Source: Rhynchopus sp. YZ270_cl-10 (taxonomy: Eukaryota). Taken from it: 64,000 nt of DNA. Positions within the stretch are counted from its first letter, which is position 1. Each line of letters begins with the position of its first letter. The notes beneath the pieces were generated by a model. The model worked only from the letters and a program-made list of their open reading frames with translations, had not been told where the DNA came from and did no database searches. A program made the translations under genes and the position numbers. Of this stretch, positions 45,187 through 58,419 are shown in pieces. The stretch covers positions 2,666,001-2,730,000 of the forward strand of contig OZ037833.1 of the NCBI GenBank assembly GCA_964035575.1, read 5' to 3'.

Positions 45187-46483
45187 TTGTGTTGTCTCCC
45201 TTATTCCTCCCTTCATTGGCCATCCTTTGCTATAACGGCGTTCTTCACGGATGCATTTAAGGAGAGGAAACAGCGTACCTTCGTGAATTGGCGTGGGGTG
45301 ATGGGGAAGATACACAGCAGCCCGCTTTCGGGTGGACATCGGGATGCTTCTTTTTTGAAGGGGGAGACCGGAACGCTTGTGGTGTTGGGGGACACATTTG
45401 ATGAGTTGAATGAAGAAGCGATTGCGGCGCTTACACGGCCGAAGTGGTTTTCGTATCGGAAAGGCTTTCCGAAGCTGCTTAATACCACGAGGACAACTGA
45501 TGCGGGGTGGGGGTGTGTCCACCGATGCGGGCAAATGATGATAATGGAAACGCTACAACGGCATCTCCCTAAGGTGCCTGCGGCAACGCTAATGGAGTTA
45601 TTTCGAGATGAGAACGATTCACCGTTTTCGTTGCACAAAATTGCACGGGATGGGGAAAAATTTGGGCGCAAAATTGGGGATTGGTTTTACCCTTCTACCG
45701 TCGCGAAGTGTCTACGCAACATAGTAGATGAGGAGGTGGCAATGCCGGAATCTCTTTTGAGTGGCGCGCCGTTGTGTGTCATGGTGCTGCAACCCCCGGT
45801 GTTGCACACAGAGCTGCTTCATGAGCATTTCAAAAAATATCAAGGTGTATTGGTGTTGGTGCCACAGAGGCTAGGTCTGAACAAAATCCAGTCTGTCTAC
45901 CATTCCTCTCTCAAGCAAAGCCTCGAATGCAAATGGAGTGTCGGCATCATAGGTGGCAGGCCAAAGCACTCCCTCTTCTTCATTGGGTACAGAGGTGATC
46001 AGTTGGTGTTCCTCGATCCGCACGTCGTGCAGCCGGCGTACACAGCAACGTCAGAGGCAGGGCGCACAACAGACCCACACAAATCAAGCTTCCCAATAGC
46101 CGAAGTCGACCCAACCTGTCTGTTCTGCTACTTCATCCCGTCTGTTGATGAGGTAGACGCCTTTACTGCATGGATGACCGACTTCGTTGAGGTATGGGGG
46201 AGTAGGGTTTTGTGTCCATTCTGTCCTTTACTGTCTTTTTTTTTCAACACAGAATTCAAAACACCCGATTCTTTCCCTTGCCGACGGGCTCCCTTCGCCG
46301 GATGCTGGTGAGCATGAAACAGGTATGTTTTCAAAAAAAAATCTAAAAAACAACTAGAGGGTAGGCAACTGCACAGAATTGATCACAATACCGGATAATA
46401 AAAAAATATTCAAAAACACAGACGACGTAATATCAATTGACGACGAAGACACCGAGATTGACAGCGACTTCGTTGTGTTGTGA
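45187..46483 (+). CDS. ATG4: Cysteine protease ATG4 (peptidase C54); 3' exons 46253-46322 and 46422-46483; 5' end uncertain
   Basis: WFSYR, DAGWGCVHRCGQMM, GIIGGRPKHSLFFIGY, FLDPH; spliced C-terminus ends EDTEIDSDFVVL (LIR-like). Confidence 0.93.
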
Positions 46484-46821
46484 TGTGGGGGATCCCTTGT
46501 ACCTGGGGAGGTCAAAATGTGAGCGTGTGCGGGGAAAAGCGTGCCATGTAAAGTAACAGACTTGCGGTGTTTTTTTTCCCCCCTCCCTCCTCCCTCACTT
46601 TTTTTTCTTCCAATTTTGTTGGGGTCGCGGGGGTGGTGTTTCTCAAAAGGGGGGGGTGGGTTCGGGGGTGTTGGGGGTAATATGCGTTCGTTTTTGGGGT
46701 TGTTTTTAATACTTTTTTGGGGTCATTTTGTTTCCCCTCTCCCCTCCCCCTCCCGTTGAGCAGCCTTTCCTCCACAGTCTTTCAACCAGGCAATCTTTTG
46801 ACGCAAAAAAAAAAATATGTG

Positions 46822-46885
46822 GATATTGCACAACTGTGGCAACACAACCGAGGCAACTACACTAATCCAACAATTTATCAAAAAA
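46822..46885 (+). repeat. ~60-bp A-tailed dispersed repeat family F (possible retroposon 3' end)
   Basis: TTGCACAACTGTGGCAACACAACCGAGGCAACTACACT..ATTTATCAAAAA; copies near 27818, 51766 and 60178. Confidence 0.7.
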
Positions 46886-47108
46886 GGGGGTGGTACAATA
46901 GACTTCGGGCATAGGCTATTGTCGACACAACACTAAGGAGACCAGAGTTCCTTCTGTACATATAGACAGGGAGATGTACGGTGAGTGCATCTCGCTCTCT
47001 CTTTGGGTGACGATTTTTTTTTTTCAAATTTGACAGATTTTTTGTCGATACATCAGTTCAACAAGAGGACATTGCAAAATTCTTCAAAAAAAAAAAAAAA
47101 ATTGTTTT

Positions 47109-47237
47109 TATTCCTACAAAGCGTAGCTTAAAGGAGAAATAGTTACTCAGATACGGTCGCCAATCACCCCTCAAAGAGGGTAATTGAGCAATCAACGAAA
47201 AAACCTTTTTTCCTTTTACCTATCAGAGTTACTATTT
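47109..47237. mobile_element. Family D HINE-like repeat, copy 4
   Basis: Sequence identity with the other family D copies. Confidence 0.8.
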
Positions 47238-48720
47238 TTTTTTTTTTGCAAAATTTCTAGGGTGGAGAAAAAAGTGTTGTGTAAAAGTATCCTAGCCTTT
47301 GGGGACAATGCGTGCAGGAATCTATTGTCAAAAATGCAGCAGAGGAAAAAAATCTAAAGAAAAATTTCCAGTAGTGGCGGTTTTCTCTCCTCTCTGCGAC
47401 CCCCCCGTTCACGCCCCCATTTTATATGTTTCAGGCAGGGATATTGCTAACCATCAATCATTGCCACCTCAGTGGTTCCCCCCCGTTTCCAACCATCAAC
47501 CCATCGCCCCAGTGTGCTATGGTACTATGGTACAAATATTCCACCCCCGCCCCACACGAACTCCCAAAAAAATTACAAAAAAAAAATCCCGAAAGTTAGC
47601 AATATCCCTGTGTGTCAGCTCTAGTTTGAGGATTGTCTAATAGATTTTTCTTTCCTGTTTGACTTCCTCATTTCCCTTCATTTACGTTAAAGATGTGTGT
47701 ACTGTCGACGTGCATTCATCTTCAAACTTTCTTTCTTTAAGGTGGCCTAGCATAGAGAGGCCTTTCGTTCATCTTATGCAAAACTCTTTTAAACCTGTAC
47801 CTCTGCTGCCTTAGGCCTTAGGGGTAAGGCAACGAGAGGTTTAGATTCATCTAAGCTTTTCTTATTTTTAGACTAGGCTTGATGGGCTTAGACTAATCTT
47901 AGCATGTTTAGAGGTGTCAAAAGTGAGCATTTTTTTTTTCCAGAATTGACCCTGTGTCTGCAATGATCCCCTTTCATCTGACTGATGAGTGGAAGCGGGA
48001 GTACATATCAGAGGTAAACCACGAAATGGATTGTAGGACTGCATGGTTGGGGTGTCCACCCCCCCCGGGCCGGTCATTTATTAAAGGGACACTGTCACGA
48101 GAGGGCTTTGTATTTCAAGTCAACTTTTTGTTTCAGTGTCCGTAACTGCCGATGAACGGAGTAAAATTTTTACAACTTTTTCGAATCCCCTTATGAGGGG
48201 TGTGCTCAGTTCACTCTGCCAAGAGTGTTCAGAACTGTGCTTTAAGAGAGGGAGATGTGATTCATTCATCTCCCAACTGCAGGAGGGTGTTTTTTATATA
48301 CGAGAGGGTGTAGATTCTTCTTTAAAACCTCTTGTTCTTGTGATCAAGGTGACTAAGCACCAGAGGCTTAGGTTCATCTTTTAAACTTTTTCTTTTTTTG
48401 TCAGGCATGTGTATCTCAGAATGGTTTTACGTATAGTGTATTTTGTCCTAATATCTAACCTTTTTGTCTTTTTGGGGAAAAAAATGGGGGGGTTTTTTTT
48501 TTTGCAATTTTTCGAGAGAACAGCCGACTGCTCTAGAGAAAGGCTTTTGTTCTCTCTCCATTAAAACATTCCCCCCACCCATCCCACCCATCCCTCCCTC
48601 CCTCCCTCCCTCCCTCCCTCCTCTGATGGTGGTGGTATTGTGATGGGTTCCCATCACAATACTGCCACCATTACCCACCTCCTTCCGTATAATACATTTG
48701 TTAACAATGTTTTTAGATAA

Positions 48721-49907
48721 GGGTAGCACAATTAAAAATATTGTTTAGTGTCCTGCGCGCGAACAGATTTTTGGAAATCCAAAAAAAAAAAAAAAATTGG
48801 GACACAACTACAAAAAAAATAATTTTTATGGTTGGTAGATTGAAGTCAGGACGGACGAAGTCTCGGAGGGCCCTAAGGGGGAAGGTAGGTAGGGCACTTC
48901 TGTCTGGGAAAAAGTGACCAGAAAAAAAAAAAAATGTTGGGGTCCCGTGCTCCCAAATGTGCGAAATAAGCAAGAAATAAGCATTTTTGCGCACACGTGT
49001 ATAAAAAAAAATCCGCCTCCGGCGGGGTTCGTTTTCGAGGATTTTCAGAGATCTCACGTTATGAAGATTTCCTTAAGAAACCATTGAATGTCATATTTCA
49101 GAATAGTACCTTAGAGTGTTTTTGGACACACATGTGACACCACCGTGGAGAGCAATCGGCTCGTGCAATCAAAAGAAAGTGGAGAAAAGGTACAAGAATA
49201 AAAAAGGTTGGGTACCGTGCGCCTGCGGCGCTGCCTGTTCCCTACCAGTTTCTACAGGCAAACACTTGCCCCCTTTACCTTACACTGACGGGTTTTGACC
49301 AAAACCAAGAACTTGTCCATTTCGGCAAATTGACCCCACCACAGAACGGACGGATTCCGAAAATGCAAATGCCGGTGTTTTCGCGCATTTTCATGTTTCA
49401 AGACGTCAGGATCAGGGAGAGAAAATCTGGTTGTGGGATTTACCTTGGCCCTCTTTACCCTACATGGATTTTGACCAAAACCAAGAATTTGGCCATTTCG
49501 GTCGCAAAGTGACCCCACCACAGTGCGGACGGATTCCGGAAATCCCAATCGCGGTATGTTTTCGGGCTGAAAACCCACTGTTTTTTCAGGGGAAAAAATT
49601 GCTTCCAAATGTCGGAATTTTCCGAATTTTCCTGAAAATGACCCTTGTTTACGAGTATGGGTTCATATTTTGCGAAAATTTAAGTCACTAAAATTTTGTC
49701 CATTTTTCCGTATTCACCCCACCACAAGCCGGGATTGGCTCAGAAATGCAACAAAACGCCCCAGAGATAGGAAATAGCCTGAAAAGAGGGCAAAATAGGT
49801 GAGGGAAAAATTATTTTTTTTTGACTAGTTATTTTTTTTTTGCGTGCGTGCGAACAGATTTTTGGGGAGCGGTGGGACACTAAACAAGGTTTTTAATTGT
49901 GCTACCC
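48721..49907. mobile_element. PIF/Harbinger-type non-autonomous element
   Basis: 33-bp TIR GGGTAGCACAATTAAAAAnnTTGTTTAGTGTCC (2 mismatches); TAA on both flanks (48718-20, 49908-10); internal ~75-bp direct repeat near 49291 and 49467. Confidence 0.88.
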
Positions 49908-50447
49908 TAAATAGTTATTGTTTTTGTTATAGTTATATCAATTATCGTTTCTTCCCTTTTTGGATTGCTTCGCGCTTGAATTGGAAACATGGTCCCAAGC
50001 GGTAACGATTGTAAAGGCAAATACAGGCGTGTTTCATCAACCTGTCACCTTTTATTCCTCTAATGTGTGCGTACAGTGAGGCATTTCCATCTCAATATTT
50101 TCTTAACCCTTTAAGAACGAACCGCCAGGCTGGTGTCGTTATAACACTTTGTTTTGTCGACCAGTCAATGGATGTCGATGTTTTTGGATGTGCCTGGGCT
50201 TTGCAGGCGAAAAAAAGAAAGGGGTGCTCTCCAGGGTTCAGGACGAATGACGTCAGAAAGTGGTAGAGTTCATCCTCGGGTGTCTACACTAATACAACCA
50301 AGTTTTCAAAAAAAAAAAAAAACAAAAAAAAAAAAAAAAATCGACATCCCTTCATCATAAAGGGCTAAGAGATGAAAGGGCAACTCCATCACGGGACAAC
50401 CTTTTATCTTTTTATATGATTGATTTATTCCATTTTTTTATTTATTT

Positions 50448-50578
50448 TATACCTACAAGCGTAGCTTAAAGGAGAAATAGTTCCTCAGATACGGTCGCCA
50501 ATCACCCTTCCAACAGGGTAATTGTGCAATCAACGAAAAAACCTTTTTTCCTTTTACTTACCTATCAGAGTTACTATT
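50448..50578. mobile_element. Family D HINE-like repeat, copy 5
   Basis: Sequence identity with the other family D copies. Confidence 0.8.
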
Positions 50579-50907
50579 TTTGTCTCAGAATGTTCTCTTT
50601 AGAACTTTAGAAGTTAGTTTGCTCCCGTTTTATTTGGTTTATTTGTTACTTTTTTATATTTGAAGGTAGCCACAAAATATATCGTTTATCAAATTGGGAA
50701 ATTGGGAAATCAGAAACTTTTGACTTTATGGGGGTTTGTGTGTTATGTTATGGCGTTACCCTGTTTAAGTTTTCATTTCATTTGCCCGTTTCTTTTTATT
50801 GGTATCCCAGAGGTGTTTGTGCGTTATCAACTCTTTGCTTTGATGCGCGTGTACAGTGATGCGCATTCCATCTTCAAAGTTTTTTTTTTTTTTTTTTCAT
50901 TGAGTAC

Positions 50908-51205
50908 CAGGCTCTCCGCTAGGATTTCCGATTTTGAAAATATTCTGTTGATGGTCCACGTTGGTGGGGTACATGCTTGCGCCGCAGGCGCACGGTACGC
51001 AACTTTTTTTTTTACCAACGCCCGATTTTGACTTTTTTGGGACGTTTGAGCACTCACCTCTCCATATCTTCTTCTCCTGAGCTTTTTTAACAGGTAGAAC
51101 GGGTCTGAACCACTTAGCAGAACTTTTTTTTTTTTTCTTTTTTTCCCCATTTTCAAAAAGTTCTGTTGACAATCAACAGAACTTTAGTACCTAGCGGAGT
51201 GCCTG
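50908..51205. mobile_element. hAT-type MITE (298 bp)
   Basis: TIR CAGGCTCTCCGCTAGG / CCTAGCGGAGTGCCTG (1 mismatch); 8-bp TSD TTGAGTAC at 50900-07 and 51206-13. Confidence 0.9.
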
Positions 51206-51409
51206 TTGAGTACGAACGGCGCTAACATTTCATGTCACTCTTCGTTACATGTTCTGACCCCTTCTACACTCACGTAATCAGGTCTTGTTTCGTTTATTTT
51301 TTTTTTTGGGAAATTTGGTAAAAAAAAAAATGGTTGCTTTCAATTCGGTGGGACGTACTGTGCTGTACACAAAAAGACCCTACTGTAGGTTTCAAAAGTA
51401 CGTTCACAA

Positions 51410-51443
<34 letters not shown>

Positions 51444-54400
51444 GGAAATTTTTTTCCCTTTGATGATTCTCACAGTTGTTTTAAAAAATTGGTCGTTTCT
51501 TTCACCTCGTATTCTTCTTACTCTTCCCACCCCATCCACACTCCCTTTTTAGGGTAACAAAACCAATTCCACTCCAAAAAGAGTGTTTGTTTCTCACCGC
51601 TAGGCTCTAATCTCCTCTGGGAAAAAAAAGGAAAAAAAAAATGTCGGGTTATTTTTATAGGTGACAAAGCACAAAATGCTTTGCATTCATCTTCATACTT
51701 TTTTTCTCAGGGCGAACGAAAAAAAAAAAAAAAAAAACTGAAAAAAATGTACAAAAGAAAGTGCAGATTGCACAACTGTGGCAACACACTACCGAGGCAC
51801 TACACTACTCCAACAATTTATCAAGAAAAGTGGAGTTTCGATAGCGGCACGGCACTATCCCCATGAGGTGATAACAGAAAATAAAGTAGGGTGAAGATCA
51901 CAGGCTATCATAAAAAAAAAATGCGAGACACATTAGCATTTTTTTAAAAAAAATCCTGTGATCACCCCGCCCTTCCCAATCAAGGAGAAATGACTGTGCC
52001 TGCCTACAATTTTTCCTGTTTTAGCAACACTCTGGGGGTTCGATAGCTCACACAGAGCTTATAGTGTATCCCAGAGGAGTTTTTATCAACTTCACCTTTT
52101 TCCTTCACCTCATGAAGGAGGAAATAGAAGCAAAGCATTTTGAGCCCACTTTTGCGGTTCTGGGGACGAACCGCACTGCAGAGCCACCTCATTAAAATAG
52201 GTCGAGGTGTGTGCGTTTCACCACAACCCCCTCTCTTCCATGGGTTTTATCGATGCGTGTTAAGTTTTCTATTTCTTTTTTGGGAACACGGGAACATTTT
52301 TGTCATTCCTATACCTATGCTATCATTCAAATGCATATGTTGAAATACTTTTTGACGAACATACCAGACGCGACATTCCTCATTTTGCGAGACAATACAG
52401 AGGGGGGTAGAAGGGGGATGAGCCTCTTAGATGCCAATTGGTGGAAGCTGTAGACGACCATTCTTTCAAAACAAAACCAAAGAAAAAGCACAACAACACA
52501 ATTTGTCGAGGATGCCCTTTTTACCCCTTTCCTGCAAACAACATATAAGCACATATTTTCCTTGGCCTTTTTCTGCATGATGGTGTCCTTTTCCCCACGC
52601 CACGAACGAAGAAGCAAGCGTTCGTATTAAACAAAAAAAAAAAAAAAAAAAAAAAGAGTTTTTACCACCACCATGCTTCCACCCAGGGCTTCCCCCTCCG
52701 CGGCTGTACCAGTGGGCACATCGTGTCATCACTGGAAGGTTATATTATCTTTTCCGTCACTGCGACGACGAGACAGCCAAATTTCAAACCCAGCGTGTTT
52801 CCCGCACGATAACGGTAGCGGTAAAAATGTGTTGTGCACGAGAGGCACATTCATCTGGCAAAGTTCTTTTTTCTTGTCTTTTTTTTTTTTTTTTTTTTTT
52901 TGAAAAAAAAAAAAATAATATGCAAAAGGCTAACCACAAAATGCATGGTTAGGGTCCACCCACGGTGCACAAACTGTGTAAACAAGGTACACTGTCGGGG
53001 CTTTTGTATTTCAAGTCAATCTTTTTCTTTTTTTTTTTTTTCAATTCGAGGTGACTAAGCACGGCTTAGGGTCATCTTATAAATATTTCTCTCTCTCTCT
53101 CTCTCTCCATCTTTTGTCTATTTTCCTTGTAGACTAATCCTATTGGAGAGCAGTTCAATATGTCGAGCAGTTTTCTTGCTCCAATTTTCTTTTTTTTTGA
53201 TCCAACGAGTCAACGACGTTCAACCACAGGTCAGACCAGAGTCTGTCCCTTCATTCATTAGCTTTGTCTCAATCTGTCAATCTGCCCAGCCCGGGATAAA
53301 AAAAAGGTGGGTATCGCCTTCAGCCTTCAGTTTTTCAGGCTTTTTCCCCCACGAGGGTTTATTATTATTTTTTGCGGCCACCACAAAAAAAAAAAGAAAG
53401 GTTATAAAATCAATTGCCTTTCCCCCCCCCCCTTTTTTTTTTCGCTTGCTCAATCAGTTTCGGTTAGATGTTCTTCCTTCCCTTCTCTGTCTCTCTCTCT
53501 CTCTCTCTCTCGACCCCTCCTTACCCCAGTGTTATGCGAAACCAGATAACAAAAATTGGCAAGCCCATACCATCTGCGGTGGGGTATTTTTTTTTATAGG
53601 TGTGTACCTGAGAGGTACATTGCTTTTTGACAGATGTATTGTGTATTGTGAGGCCGATTGATGTTTCAAATTTTCGCCCCCCCCCATCCCTCATTTTTGA
53701 AGTGACTAAGCAACGAGGCTTAGGTTCATCTTATGAACTTTTTTTTTTATATCAGATGTAAACCACGAAAATGGATTGTAGGACTGCATGGTTGGGGGTG
53801 TCCACCCCCCCTGGTACACCCTGGGCATACCAAGGTACACTGTTCAGGCGCCACGAGAGGGCTTTGTGTTTCAAGTCAAACTTTTTTCCCAGTGGTTTCC
53901 ATCTCTTCCACCTGATTCAGACCCAACATAGCGGCAACTCCCCGAAAGAGAAGCCACATTTGAGGTTTCTTTTCACACCGTTGTTATCCTCCACTCAATC
54001 CTTTTTATTATATTATTTGTTGCTTCACACCTTTGATTTATGTTCAATTAACGATTCCCCTAAAGAGAACGCAAAAAAAAGGGGGGGGGGTTTTTCTGAG
54101 TTCCAGCTGTTTCACTCAATCCAAATGCGGTATCAACAAAAAAAAAAAAAAAAAACAAAAAAAAAACCATCTTTCATCTCTTTAGTTTCTCTTTTATGTC
54201 TTTTCTTTCATCCCGGAAGAAGAAAAAAAAAAAAAAAACTCGCGCGCTTCGAAACTGCTACACAAAAAAAGGGTGATAGTAGTTTTTTGTGAACAATTTT
54301 TTTTTTGTGTTATTTATTGTTCTGGTTTTCCCCCGCCCTTTTTTGTTCGTTTTTTTTTTTTTTTCCTTTTTTTCAACAAAACCGAGGTTGTGTTAACACA

Positions 54401-55757
54401 TCGAACTGAAGCTTTAGACATTCCTCATGTTGTCTCAAAGCACCCCCCCTTTTTTAATATCCAAAACAAGAACTTTTCTCACATTCCCAGACGCCTCCAT
54501 GATAACAGTAGGGGAAAAACCTACCAATTTTGCTTCATGCCAATTATAAAAAACGGGGAAGAACAGAAAATACAAAAAAAAAAGAAAAAAAAAGAAGACG
54601 AAACAAAAAGTCAAACATCGATGATTCAAGTTTCCTCTGCAGAAACGCGTCGTTTTGGCAAAAAAAAAAAAAACGAATGTTTTTTTTTTTTTGTCACCTC
54701 ATGAAATGAAGGAGGAAATAGAAACAAAGCATTTTGAACACACTCGCGGTTCTAGGGACGAACCGCGCTGCAGAGCCACTCCTCACCAAACAGATCGAGG
54801 TGTGTGCGTTTCACCACAACGTCTCCCATGGGTTTTATCGTGTGATGAGTGTTAAGTTTCTATTTTTTTCCAGCTTTAATAGATTGGTTGTAATGAGAGG
54901 ATACATCCATCTTTGCAAGGGGGGGTTTTTTTTTATTTACTTCTTTATGTATCTGTTCTCTCTCTACATATATTCCTGCCTCATCCCCTCCCCTCAGTGG
55001 GGACCCCCTCTTTTGTTTCCCCCAAAATCAGTAAAAAATGCGTTATTTAAAAAAGGGTGTTCATTCAAACGCAGAACACGTCTGTTGATTGGAAAAAAAA
55101 TGTGTTACGCATATCGTCTGATACGGCTATGGTACTTTACAATGTGCACCCCGAGAGGTTTAAGGTGACTCAGTTCATATAGATGAATAACCAATGTTCA
55201 AAACATTAAGTAATCTAATCAGACTCAGTTCATATATAGTTCATCTTTTCGACGCCTTTCTTAGTTATGTGGACAGTGCTCTCTCTTTTCTCTCTATGTA
55301 ATTCTTCACTGAACGTGCCTTTTGTGCGACCCGACACTCACAAAAAAAAAAACTGAGTAGCCTGTGTGCCTATTCATTAATGGTGCATTTTCCCCACATC
55401 TAAGCCAAGGTTCTCTCGGTCTTTCTTTCTCTCTCTCCCTGTGTCGAGAGAGTAGTGAACCAAAACACCATTTTATTATTTCTGTTCCAAATCGAAAGCC
55501 AATAAAAACCCAAAAATTCTTTTTTTACTTTTTCGTGTAAAACGACGAATGGAAAACAAAAAGCAGAATTTAGCGGGGTTCCTGTGTGGGGCTGACGATA
55601 TTACTCCATGGGTGGTGCGACCGATGGTGGCTGGTGGCATATTTTTTTGGCAGTCGGTCATGTACCCAAGGTACACTGTCACGAGAGGGCTTTGTATTTC
55701 AATTCTACTTTTTTTTTTCCCCCTGCGCGGGTTTCCAGCACAGTACCGATAGTGGTC

Positions 55758-55799
55758 AAGATGTGTGTGTGCACGAGAGACACATTCATCTTATAAGCT
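55758..55799 (+). mobile_element. ~40-bp hairpin repeat family C (representative copy)
   Basis: AAGATGTGTGTGC-ACGAGAG-RCACATTCATCTT; about 10 copies, e.g. near 9406, 25106, 26078, 38978, 40172, 47690, 52828. Confidence 0.75.
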
Positions 55800-55944
55800 T
55801 AGCACGCTGTCAAATGATCGCCTCCATCAGGTCACATGACCTGCGTGGGGCCAGGTCGTACTCCATCCTTTTAAAAAAAAGACGAACGAAAGAAGGGAAA
55901 AAAAAAAACGTAAATGGCTTTAGGGAACTTGATTCCAATACAGC

Positions 55945-57311
55945 CAGGGGTTAAGTTAGGGCGGGTTTCTGGGTTTTCAAAACCCGGTTTTCGGGTTTTC
56001 GGGTTTTTCAAAAAAAAAAAAAAAAAAATGGAATCTCATGGATGTACAAAGTACTTTTTTCCAGAAAGTAAAAAAAAGTAGAAAAATCCCAGTACTTGAT
56101 ACTTCAAGTACTTGACCCGTTTTTTTTTTTTTTTTTTACTTGATTACTTTTTTTTTTGCATCAAGTACTTGAATCGGCAAAAAAATGGAAAAGTACTTGA
56201 ATAAATTCAAGTACTTTTCCATTTTTTTTTACTTTTTTTGCCAATTCAAGTACTTGATGCAACAAAAAAAGTAATCAAGTACAAAAAAAGTGAAAGTACT
56301 TGAAGGAAAAAAAGTACTTGAAGCAAGAAAACAAATTTTTCTTTTTTTTTTAAATCGATCAAGAACTTGAAGTACACCAAAAAAAGTGAAAAAAAGTAAT
56401 CAAGTACTTTGTACATCCATGGAATCTGAAAAAAAAAAAAAAAAATCCAAATTTTTGGGTGGTGTAGGCTGGGAAGGTGGGGTAGGGGTGGGGGCGGAGC
56501 CCCCACCCCACCCTCTAAGAAAAAAAATATCCTCCCGACCCAAACAAACCCCCCCACGCAGTCAGGCCAGGGAGCCACGTAACAAGGCTCGACTGCCACA
56601 TAGCGGGGGGAGATCTGTGCAGCCTGTATATTCCCCCCGATTTTCGTGGTAAATGGGGAGGCGCTTCCGTTTAACGGCAACCCACAAGAGTAGAACGACA
56701 ACCAAACTTTTGAGAAACAGACGCCAATGAGACCTAGAGTCTCTCTTCTTACTTGTGTGCTACAGACAAACATGACAACGCTAACCACGACTGCCACGGC
56801 AGAGCGGGGTCCCTAACGGTTCACTGGGGGGGATCCACATAGATAAAGAAAACAAAAAATACGAAAGCAAGGAAGAAAACCAGTAAAAAAAAAAAAAAAA
56901 AAAAACCCCCCGTCAGAACTGGGAATTATTCATATGAAGAGGCAACAGGGATCTCTGGCGAGCTTCGGGTTCAGTACTAGTGTTGCGAGAGTGCGGATGA
57001 GGCAGGACGTGGGAACTGAGGTCGGTGAGGGGTACACCAGTCCTGTTCTTCAAATTTATGCTCCAAAATTGTTAGGACAAATCCAAAAATCCCCAGGGTC
57101 CCCCCACTTTTTGGTGGGATTTTTGAACTTTGCCCAAAAATTGCAAAAAAATTTTCCCGCTCGCTACGCTCGCGGAGGTGCACCTTAAAAATTTTCCCGC
57201 TCGCTGCGCTCGCGGAGGGAATGGGTTATTTTTCGCAAAATCCAGAAAAACCGAAAAAAAACCCAGAAAACCCGACTCAGCGAGAAAAAAAAAAAGCTAA
57301 CTTAACCCCTG
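55945..57311. mobile_element. hAT-type non-autonomous element (1367 bp)
   Basis: Perfect TIR CAGGGGTTAAGTTAG / CTAACTTAACCCCTG; 8-bp TSD AATACAGC at 55937-44 and 57312-19. Confidence 0.92.
56037..56421. mobile_element. Nested MITE built of AAGTACTT palindromes, 6-bp TSD
   Basis: Perfect TIR CATGGATGTACAAAGTACTT / AAGTACTTTGTACATCCATG; GAATCT duplicated at 56031-36 and 56422-27. Confidence 0.85.
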
Positions 57312-57632
57312 AATACAGCTACTAAAAAAAAAGAAAAATTGGGGGCGGATGGCAAACTACACTATACGTTTTTTCACCCCCCCCCCCCTTCAAAATGGAG
57401 GACAGCAGGGCTTAGCCTCGACTATAAATAAACGTAGTAAAAAAAAGCCCCGAAAAAAAGGGGTTTTTTTAATAATTATATTTTTTTTTGGGGGGCGACA
57501 GACAACTCCATCTGTTCTATTCGAAGTATCTTAATAATTTTTTTTTGGATAATATATCCCCCCCTTATACACTCAAGAAGACTTGCCTCTCCCTCCTTTT
57601 TTTTTTCATCTTTCAAGTTTTCATTTTTTTTC

Positions 57633-58245
57633 TTTGTGTCGCGTGAAAATCATTTTATGTTCGCAACTGGCCTAAAAAGTGAAATTGCAATTGGCGTTAC
57701 GGGAATAATGTCCATAGGGTTCCTGGCTTTCACAGTGTTGGCATGAAAAATTGATGTGCTTTTTTACCCGTCGTCAGGTTCAAAGTCTCTTTGCACCGAA
57801 CCAGCGCCTCCTCGGTGGCCACGCCTTGAGCAGCGCGGTGATCCTGCAGTAGGGTTGGAAACATGCTTCCTTGGGCACTATTGTTCCCCTCACCCTCTTG
57901 AAGGTGATGTAGTCGTTTGATGACCTCCTGCACTGTGCCACTTCTCATGTCATCCACAAACTAATGTGTCCTGGGCTTTTAGGGGGGAAAGTAGAAGAAA
58001 AAGAAAGACCCTGGACATCAAATGGGTAGTGGGTGCGCTCAAACGCGTTTAGGCCAGTTACGAACATAAATACGTTTTTTTTTTTTTTTTTTTTCACATA
58101 AAATTGAGGAAACAATAACATTTTCTTGCATTTTGCCACGAAAAAGGACATCCTCGTAACTCTTATTCCCCTCGCTTCGGGGAGCCTTTTTTTTCGTGAC
58201 GCGTGAAATAAAATGGTTCTTATTTCACTGGAATAAATAGTTATT
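57633..58245 (+). mobile_element. Putative non-autonomous Crypton-like element
   Basis: Both ends and the subterminal hairpin core resemble the YR element at 33.8-35.5 kb read in YR sense. Confidence 0.5.
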
Positions 58246-58419
58246 TTTTAGGTGCATTGGAACGAACAAAAAAAACACAAACCCCCCCCCCCAGAACAAG
58301 CGTGCGGGGTGGGAAACACAAAACCCACCCGCAAGAGAAAGAAAAAAGCGCTCCATTTTATTTTTTAAATATGCAGCTACACTCACCAACCCCCTCTTTT
58401 CAGTGTTACACATACTAGG

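Noticed and set aside
47970..48040. Hammerhead ribozyme (CTGATGA-GTGG..CCAC-GAAA)
   Set aside because: Core boxes and stem II are present, but I could not build convincing stems I and III with an NUH site; only one copy has the CTGATGA part
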